DNA of 32,000 nt, taken from NCBI RefSeq assembly GCF_000284455.1, contig NC_017039.1, positions 3,450,001-3,482,000 of the forward strand, given 5' to 3'. Shown one piece after another: positions 20,157 to 26,472 of this stretch. The position numbers and the translations under genes were made by a program. This stretch comes from Synechocystis sp. PCC 6803 substr. PCC-P. Lineage in GTDB: Bacteria > Cyanobacteriota > Cyanobacteriia > Cyanobacteriales > Microcystaceae. The notes below the pieces were generated by a model, which was given only the letters and a program-made list of their open reading frames with translations, was not told where the DNA came from and did no database searches. The stretch's first letter is position 1; the number at the start of each line of letters is the position of its first letter.

Positions 20157-20843
20157 TTAGGTTAGGTACCCTTCCCTTAACCCGGCGATCGCCGCTGAGG
20201 TTCTGTCCCTGGCGTTGAGTTTACGCATAATGGTCTGCACATATTCCCGCACCGTGGAGCTGGCGAGATGTAATTCCTGGCCAATTTCGCTATTGGTTTT
20301 GCCTTCCGCCACTAACCTTAAAATGGCCACTTCCCGCTGGGTCAATTCATCCTTCTGAGATTTGCGATAATCGGCGATCGCCTCAAGGCGACTGTCAATG
20401 TAAGTTCTGCCCTGGAGTAGACATTCCACCGCCAAATTAATTTCCCCATTACCCAAACTAGATTCTAAAAAGATGGCATCGGCTCCGTACTGCTGGGCTT
20501 CTTCCACAATGGCCGCATGGTCATTCAACAGCAATAGTAAACACTGCGGCGATCGGGCATGGGCTTTGAGTTGTTTCAGCAGGTCTAAACCGGAACCATC
20601 CTCTAACCGTTGGCAAATGACCACCACCAATGGCTCTGGCTGTTGTTCAAAGTAGGTTAGGGCTTCGCTTTGTAGGGTAAAAATTTTGACTTTCTTTTTG
20701 TTTGGTCGTTGAGAGGAAATGCGGGCGACGGATACGGCAAACAAACGGGGATACAGGCAGGCAATGACGTTAAAGTGATTCACCAAAAGCTGAAACAGGT
20801 CATACCTGGCATTAAAAACGAGGGAATCGGGGTCAAATTCCAT
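20157..20843 (-). CDS. NarL/LuxR-type response-regulator-like protein with degenerate receiver
   Basis: C-terminal LuxR HTH (LTQREVAILRLVAEGKTNSEIGQELHLASSTVREYVQTIMRKL). The N-terminal CheY-like fold lacks Asp at the phosphoacceptor position (VVVICQRLEDGSGLDLL). Confidence 0.88.
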   Translation of the reverse strand: MEFDPDSLVFNARYDLFQLLVNHFNVIACLYPRLFAVSVARISSQRPNKKKVKIFTLQSEALTYFEQQPEPLVVVICQRLEDGSGLDLLKQLKAHARSPQCLLLLLNDHAAIVEEAQQYGADAIFLESSLGNGEINLAVECLLQGRTYIDSRLEAIADYRKSQKDELTQREVAILRLVAEGKTNSEIGQELHLASSTVREYVQTIMRKLNARDRTSAAIAGLREGYLT

Positions 20844-21105
20844 GGATGGTTAGGTAACGGCGGGGTTTTGATGCCAAAAGTTCTTTCCCCGTGACAAAGT
20901 GGGACGCTAGGGAGACATTCCCTAATCCTGGCACAAGAATGTTGACTTGTTGTTGGGGACTTTCACTCAGTTTCCCCCCAAATTTGGGGGGTCAGGGGGG
21001 CTTTTAAAACAGGCTGTTAACTGATTGCCTAATTATGTCCCCTGGCAGGATTACGGTCTGACTAAGGTATAACTAGAGTGTAGAGTGCCCTGTCAGATTG
21101 GCTAA

Positions 21106-21348
21106 ATGCAAATAAAAACAGCAATTTCCCTTCCAGATTCGGTTTTTCATGAGGCAGAGGCCCTCGCTCAGCAATTGGGTTTGTCCCGTAGTGAGCTTTA
21201 TACAAATGCGCTGAAGGCCCACTTGGAGAAGTATAGAAGGGGAGAAATTTTGCAGAGGCTGAATCAAGTTTATGCCGAAGAAACTTCTGCTCTAGATCCA
21301 ATTATGGCCGGGATGCAATTTTTGTCTCTGCCCTCCGAGGACTGGTAA
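21106..21348 (+). CDS. Ribbon-helix-helix (MazE/VapB-like) antitoxin
   Basis: MQIKTAISLPDSVFHEAEALAQQLGLSRSELYTNALKAHLEKY is an RHH fold; the stop overlaps the ATG of a MazF-like fragment (TAATG). Confidence 0.8.
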   Translation: MQIKTAISLPDSVFHEAEALAQQLGLSRSELYTNALKAHLEKYRRGEILQRLNQVYAEETSALDPIMAGMQFLSLPSEDW

Positions 21349-21425
21349 TGTATCGGGGCGAAATTTGGTGGGCGGATCTGCCTAATCCCGTCGGCTCAGA
21401 AACGGGTTATCCCCATGAAACTTGA
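21348..21425 (+). pseudogene. Truncated MazF/PemK-like toxin (N-terminal 25 aa only)
   Basis: Translates as MYRGEIWWADLPNPVGSETGYPHET-stop. MYRGEIWWADLPNPVGSE.GY is the MazF N-terminal signature; the rest of the domain is absent. Confidence 0.8.
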
Positions 21426-21706
21426 ACGGATCACCATCAACCCCAATCAAATGAATGGTCAACCCTGTATTCGGGGACAACGTTTGACAGTGAAAAGGGT
21501 AATCGATTTACTTGCTACCTATCCAGACCGCCATGAACTAACTCTACCAGGAATTTCCAGAGTTGGAAGAGGAGGATATTCAACAGGCTTTGGCCTATGT
21601 TTCAGCTTGTTGGGAAGATGCTCGTCGGGCCTCAAACTCTAAAATATCTGTGGCCAACGATTCTACCGTTTCACATTTGAACAGTTCGTCCCGCGTTTTT
21701 AAATAA
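21415..21706 (+). pseudogene. DUF433-family protein gene with a single-nucleotide frameshift
   Basis: MKLERITINPNQMNGQPCIRGQRLTVKRVIDLLATYPDRHE (DUF433 N-half) is continued in another frame by LYQEFPELEEEDIQQALAYVSACWEDARRASNSK. The span is 292 nt, i.e. 3n+1. Confidence 0.78.
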
Positions 21707-21828
21707 TCTCCCTGATCTGATTGCCATCGGGAAAGCAATAGAGCCAGTTTTGATGGGGGAAGTTTCTGTTCCAGAATTAGTAAGGCTTCTTCTACCACAT
21801 CTTGTTCCTTGGGGATCTTGAGATTCAT
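21595..21828 (-). CDS. Antitoxin-like small protein paired with downstream-encoded (upstream in transcription) PIN toxin
   Basis: 77 aa, charged; start codon overlaps the stop of the PIN gene by 4 nt (ATGA). Confidence 0.7.
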   Translation of the reverse strand: MNLKIPKEQDVVEEALLILEQKLPPSKLALLLSRWQSDQGDYLKTRDELFKCETVESLATDILEFEARRASSQQAET

Positions 21829-22262
21829 CGCTCTCCCTCTGTTAATAATAAAATGAAGCTTACTGGATTTAGGGCTTTGACTTTTCCATGATAACGACGG
21901 AGCAATCGATCATCACAGGCTAAAAAATAATCACATCCACCCTTTTCTGCGCTGGCCATGTGCAAGGCATCAATGGATTTCACTCCCATTTGCTCTAAGG
22001 ATTGCCCCCTAGCCACAATCTCTTCATCCATGGGCACATAGGCTTTGGCTAGGGCTAAACACTGCTGTACCCAACGTTGTCTTGGCGGATAGGGATTTTT
22101 CTGAGCTTCAAACTCTAAGACTGCCGAGTTGAGAAATTCGACCTCTTCTGTTTCCACCAGTTGCAAAATCATCCTCAGAGCTTGGGTCTTTAAGGCAATC
22201 CTTGCCTGGGTTTGATCGTCAAAAACCCGATTCAACACGCTGGTGTCTAGATAAAGTTTCAC
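21825..22262 (-). CDS. PIN-domain (VapC-like) toxin
   Basis: MKLYLDTSVLNRVFDD...FLNSAVLEFEAQKN...MGVKSIDALHMASAEKGGCDYFLACDDRLLRR: conserved acidic residues of the PIN fold. Confidence 0.85.
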   Translation of the reverse strand: MKLYLDTSVLNRVFDDQTQARIALKTQALRMILQLVETEEVEFLNSAVLEFEAQKNPYPPRQRWVQQCLALAKAYVPMDEEIVARGQSLEQMGVKSIDALHMASAEKGGCDYFLACDDRLLRRYHGKVKALNPVSFILLLTEGER

Positions 22263-22443
22263 GGTATGGACTTTTAAACGTTGGTCAATATTCTAAGCGT
22301 CAACATCCCGAAGAGGAATAAGGACAGTAACCAGAGCTTGATTAACACAACTTCACAATCACCCTCTCAAGAAACTATTCAGAATTGACGTAAACAGCTT
22401 TCTTTTTCAGGAAAACCCTATCTTGATCTAGATACACAACAGT

Positions 22444-22459
22444 TGTGATCTGGGTCACA
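22444..22459 (+). promoter_or_regulatory. CRP-type (cAMP receptor protein) binding site
   Basis: TGTGATCTGGGTCACA within the longer dyad GTTGTGATCTGGGTCACAAC; matches the TGTGA-N6-TCACA consensus and lies upstream of the secreted-protein/chaperone genes. Confidence 0.88.
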
Positions 22460-22702
22460 ACCATTGAGTGATTAGGGACAATACATTTCTCGATTTGTGT
22501 GGTTTTTGTTACAAAAAATCGTATTTCTACGGAGCAGTAAAAAATTCAAATTTAGTGAAAGTCCAGTATTAGTGCCAATACGCACAAATTGTCATTTCCC
22601 TACAATAAAGAAGTAAAGAAAAAAACAACATTCATTTCCCAAGACCGACGAGCGATACATCGAGTTACCACCCACGAGGCCACGGGAAGGAGGCGACAAA
22701 TT

Positions 22703-23239
22703 ATGTTCACTAAATTCAATCAAGTTCTTCTAGCTTCTGGTTTAGTTCTGACTTCCCTAGTCGGTTTTGGCTCTTCCGCTTTTGCTGAAGGTGCTAATGT
22801 ATTTGCTAATAATCCTGAGATGGAGACTTTGACTTGGTCCCCCTCCAAAGAGACTGAAGGGAAGGCTATTGTTCTTACTAACAACGGGGAATTAACGTTG
22901 ACTTCTATCGGAAATGTCAACGTCAAATCTAACAGTTATTTGGGTTTTACTGTGTCAGTGAGTTCGGCTAATGGAGTTACGGCAAGTGCGGCTGGGGGAG
23001 TGCTTAAACATCCGGATGCTGGCGATACCATTATCTACACTATCAACTATAACGGGTCAGATAAAACACTTGCTGCTGGTGTAGGAGATATGGAAACTCC
23101 ATCGGCTGACATACCAGATTGTTCTGATGCTACTGGTTGTGACCGCGATGTTAAAATTGCAATCGCAGAAGAGCAAGTTGTTAGTAAGCCTGCTGGTACT
23201 TATTCAGATACCCTTACTTTCACATTGACAAATAAATAG
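22703..23239 (+). CDS. Secreted protein of a putative chaperone-dependent surface structure (likely slr1667/cccS)
   Basis: ATG at 22703 is preceded by GGAAGGAGG; signal peptide MFTKFNQVLLASGLVLTSLVGFGSSAFA; beta-rich, subunit-like C-terminus (GTYSDTLTFTLTNK). The track's 22589 start is an upstream extension. Confidence 0.82.
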   Translation: MFTKFNQVLLASGLVLTSLVGFGSSAFAEGANVFANNPEMETLTWSPSKETEGKAIVLTNNGELTLTSIGNVNVKSNSYLGFTVSVSSANGVTASAAGGVLKHPDAGDTIIYTINYNGSDKTLAAGVGDMETPSADIPDCSDATGCDRDVKIAIAEEQVVSKPAGTYSDTLTFTLTNK

Positions 23240-23324
23240 TTAAATTAAGGGAATTGGCGTTCGCACGAAGTTTAGCTAAGCTGAAATGTTGTCGGACGCC
23301 TACTTTTATCGGAGGGTAGTTGTA

Positions 23325-24128
23325 GTGAGGATTTCTTATCAACGTTCTAGTCAGATGTCTGCCCTACCTGCTCTTGCGTGTAGCTTGCTAGGAAGTATTG
23401 TTTTCAATCTGACACTACCGACAAGGGTAGACGCTTCTCCCTCTTTCCAATTATCCCCTATGGAAATGAGATTAAGCCCCGTCGGGGGCGGAGCAAGCCG
23501 CTCATTCCTGCTCCAAAGCACTGGCACCCAGCCCGTAGCCGTTCAACTTAGTGTTGCTGGCCGGAAGATGTCTATAGATGGAGTGGAGGAACTACCTATA
23601 GAAGAGGAAAATTTTGTTCTTTATCCCCCCCAGGTGATTCTCAGGCCCAATCAAGTGCAGGCAGTAAGGGTTGTTTGGGTAGGCAATCCCACTCCGGCGC
23701 AGGAACTCCCTTATAGGATTATTGCCGAACAAGTGCCCATTGATGATCTTCAGCCAACAGTTGATATGCCGACCGACCGTAGAGTTGCTGACATCAAGGT
23801 TCTATTTAGGTATGTGGGCACGATCTATGTTACCCCTCCTAATGCCTCTCCCAAAGTGTTTCTAGAAGGTGCCGAGCCCTCAACTACAGAAGATGGTTCC
23901 CAGAAGTTAGTACTTAATTTCGAGAATCAAGGAACTGCCCATCAACTACTCAGGGGTTTGACAGTCAATCTGACTTCAGAGGGAAAAACTGTCACTTTAA
24001 GTGGGGATGAACAACTGAAAGGGGTCATTGGGGAGAACATACTAGCCGGCAATAAACGCCGTTTTGTTTTGCCCTGGCCCAAAGAATTGCCTGTTGGCCC
24101 TGTTACCGCCACCTTTACCACCAATTAA
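23325..24128 (+). CDS. PapD-like periplasmic pilus-assembly chaperone (likely slr1668/cccP)
   Basis: FQLSPMEMRLSPVGGGASRSFLLQSTG...LPYRIIAEQVPI...VLPWPKELPVGPVTATF. GTG at 23325 has GGAGGG about 10 nt upstream; the track uses ATG 23286. Confidence 0.8.
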   Translation: MRISYQRSSQMSALPALACSLLGSIVFNLTLPTRVDASPSFQLSPMEMRLSPVGGGASRSFLLQSTGTQPVAVQLSVAGRKMSIDGVEELPIEEENFVLYPPQVILRPNQVQAVRVVWVGNPTPAQELPYRIIAEQVPIDDLQPTVDMPTDRRVADIKVLFRYVGTIYVTPPNASPKVFLEGAEPSTTEDGSQKLVLNFENQGTAHQLLRGLTVNLTSEGKTVTLSGDEQLKGVIGENILAGNKRRFVLPWPKELPVGPVTATFTTN

Positions 24129-24194
24129 TTGCTAGCCGATCGCCGGGAGAGAGTGCGTATGGAGCATCCCTAGCTTCGGCTCGGAGGTATCACC

Positions 24195-24398
24195 ATGCGC
24201 CTATTTATTTTTTCCCTTAGTCTGGCAATTACCTTGAGTCCTAGCTTGGCCATGGCCGAAAAAGTCAATACCACTGTGGTTATCCCCAAGCCAGCCAAAA
24301 GTCTGGTGCTCAAACCCAACGCCACCGAAGGGTTTGCCCAAACTTTGCGGGAACCTAGGGCCCCAGCCGCTTCATCCGGGCCCAGAGCCAGCAAATAG
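24195..24398 (+). CDS. Candidate small secreted protein (67 aa)
   Basis: GGAGGT 5 nt before the ATG; clear signal peptide MRLFIFSLSLAITLSPSLAMA; same strand and 66 bp after the chaperone gene. Confidence 0.5.
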   Translation: MRLFIFSLSLAITLSPSLAMAEKVNTTVVIPKPAKSLVLKPNATEGFAQTLREPRAPAASSGPRASK

Positions 24399-24526
24399 AT
24401 TTCGCCTCCAGCGATCACCTTCCGGGGGAAAGGCATCGATTCCGCCCCTCCTTCGGAAGCCTTTTTTGTAAAATAGGAATCAATGGATCATGTCCCGTCA
24501 AATTCTTCTTTTGCTTAGGTTGCCCC

Positions 24527-24779
24527 ATGACCACTATCATCGACAATGACCTTGAAGCAATCCTGACAAAGATTGACAGCCGGTTGGAGCGCATAGAGTC
24601 TGACCTGACTACCATCAAAGTTTCCCAAGCCAGAGTAGAAGAAAAACTAAATTCCCTAGACGACAGAGTGGGAAAACTGGAAGACAGTCAAAACCGCCAA
24701 ATTTGGACTTTTAATTATCGCTATTACCGGAGCTACGGCCGCCGGCGTCATCAAGTTTAGCTTTTTCCCCAATCCCTAA
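24527..24779 (+). pseudogene. Small coiled-coil + C-terminal TM protein with a frameshift
   Basis: Coiled coil (LTKIDSRLERIESDLTTIKVSQARVEEKLNSLDDRVGKLEDSQNRQIW). Removing one T from the TTTT run restores TLIIAITGATAAGVIKFSFFPNP-stop. The span is 253 nt, i.e. 3n+1. Confidence 0.7.
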
Positions 24780-25678
24780 TATAAATTAGCCAAAAACTGT
24801 TCCAAATCCGCCATGGTGGTGAAATCCAGCAATGCCTCCCCAAGCTCCTCCAACTGAGGCACAGCAAGCTCCCTAATTTGGCCAATCTGCTCATTAGATA
24901 ATTCCCCCAGCCGCCTAGTTAACAGCCGCACGATCAAATTAGCCTCCCCCTCCTGACGACCTTCCTCAAGTCCCTCCTGAATACCTTCTTGACGACCTTC
25001 TTCAAGTCCTCTTTGGCGACCTTCCTCAAGTCCCTCCTGAATTATCTCTTGATAGAACAGAGACTTGGTAATGTCCATTTGTTTCAGATCCAGCATTTGC
25101 ATAATGATCTCCTTGGTTAAGTCAGGGAACTTGTTGGCCAGTATAGTCTCAATCAAACTGAGCCGCCGTTGAAACTCATTGTCAGTCGGTGCTGATCTTA
25201 ATAACCCCTTGCTCAGTTCCAGGGTTTTATTTTTGTCCGCAACCAAAAGTTGCAACAAAGCTAAATTAGGGCTTGATGCCTCCCCTGTCCTCAAATCACT
25301 TAGGTAAAGTCTAGTCACCCGCTGGGCCAACAAATCCCGATAGGGCAAATCATTCCCCAATCGTTGCTCCCGGCTCTGCAAAATCATTAGTCCCCGCCAG
25401 TCACGGCTAACCCTGTACTGGTAAAGGTAAACGAATAGCTGCGCAAAATAACGTCCATAAAATTGCTCATCCGCCTGCATTTGGGCTTCAGCAAAAATTA
25501 TGGGCACTAGGGGATCCTCCGACACCGGCATAAACACCCCGTCCAGGCGAAACTCTTTTTCCTTCACCACCGGGGCACTGTAAACAAACTCCCACTCCGG
25601 CTCAATGCCTGGCACCAACTCCGCCATCATCCCCGGCTGGGATAAAAATAACTCGTAAAACCATTTGTCTGTTTTCAT
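24776..25678 (-). CDS. Rpn-family recombination-promoting nuclease/putative transposase-like protein with C-terminal DUF4351-like domain
   Basis: MKTDKWFYELFLSQPGMMAELVPGIEPEWEFVYSAPVVKEKEFRLDGVFMP...IIFAEAQMQADEQFYGRYFAQLFVYLYQY (PD-(D/E)XK-like), EEGRQEG repeats, and LIVRLLTRRLGELSNEQ. Confidence 0.85.
   Translation of the reverse strand: MKTDKWFYELFLSQPGMMAELVPGIEPEWEFVYSAPVVKEKEFRLDGVFMPVSEDPLVPIIFAEAQMQADEQFYGRYFAQLFVYLYQYRVSRDWRGLMILQSREQRLGNDLPYRDLLAQRVTRLYLSDLRTGEASSPNLALLQLLVADKNKTLELSKGLLRSAPTDNEFQRRLSLIETILANKFPDLTKEIIMQMLDLKQMDITKSLFYQEIIQEGLEEGRQRGLEEGRQEGIQEGLEEGRQEGEANLIVRLLTRRLGELSNEQIGQIRELAVPQLEELGEALLDFTTMADLEQFLANLY
24957..25041 (-). repeat. Short imperfect tandem repeats encoding (E)GLEEGRQEG in the Rpn-family gene
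   Basis: CGACCTTCCTCAAGTCCCTCCTGAA occurs at 24957 and 25017, with a diverged copy CGACCTTCTTCAAGTCCTC at 24993. Confidence 0.75.
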
Positions 25679-25862
25679 CCTTTGAATTTTAGCCTGGGAA
25701 TAGGCAATTTCAGGAAAAGCCCTATGCAATACTAATTTACCGCAATACAAATATTTGTGTTAGGACAGTTCGCCTTTGTAGTTCCCATCATAAGCCTCCT
25801 CCTGGAAGGCTTTTTCCAGAACAGTAATAAGCAATTGTAACTAAAAGGCATTGTCCTATTGG

Positions 25863-26327
25863 TCACCCATTGGGCGGAACACGGAAAATCATACTGATGT
25901 GTTCTATACCGTGGTCATCATAGGGATCACCAACCTTTGTAAAACCAAATTCTGCATAAAACTCGGTAAGGTGAGCCTGGGCTGAAATCTGCAGATCTAA
26001 GTTTGGATACTCCCGCAAGCTTTTCTGGATGCAGGCTGCGACAATCTTCCTGCCAGCGCCCATTCCCCTTATTGCTTTACTTGTGAGCACCCGACCGAAA
26101 GATGGTTCCGGGTATCTGGTATTGGGAAAATTCAGTCGTGCGTAGGCCACTAATTGTTGATCATTGGTGCGACCAAACAGGTGCCATGATTGTTTATCCA
26201 ACCCGTCAGCGTCTAGATATAAACATCCCTGCTCTACCACAAACACTTCCTGCCGTAGGGCAAGCATTTCGTGCATTGCTTCCCCAGAAATATCATTAAA
26301 CCGTTGCCAAGACCAATTAATTTCCAC
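25863..26327 (-). CDS. ElaA-like GNAT-family N-acetyltransferase
   Basis: ALRQEVFVVEQGCLYLDADGLDKQSWHLFG...GRVLTSKAIRGMGAGRKIVAACI...ISAQAHLTEFYAEFGFTKVG. Confidence 0.9.
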   Translation of the reverse strand: MEINWSWQRFNDISGEAMHEMLALRQEVFVVEQGCLYLDADGLDKQSWHLFGRTNDQQLVAYARLNFPNTRYPEPSFGRVLTSKAIRGMGAGRKIVAACIQKSLREYPNLDLQISAQAHLTEFYAEFGFTKVGDPYDDHGIEHISMIFRVPPNG

Positions 26328-26472
26328 GGCGATCGCCTTTTTTCCATATTGGCAATTATTAACCTAATTTTTTTCCCAAAAGCTGTCGCAATACTGGGAA
26401 ATTTTGAGTTAATTGTCCCCCAACTTGGTGAGCCAGGGGACTTTTTAAACAATTTTTAGGATTGGAGAGCAA

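Noticed and set aside
24170-24436. 88-aa minus-strand ORF opposite the small secreted candidate
   Set aside because: The plus-strand ORF has a better ribosome-binding site and a true signal peptide, so the minus frame is likely its shadow.
24957-25041. Short spaced repeats considered as a CRISPR array
   Set aside because: The units are in-frame coding repeats with 24/36-bp periodicity and no unique spacers, so not CRISPR.
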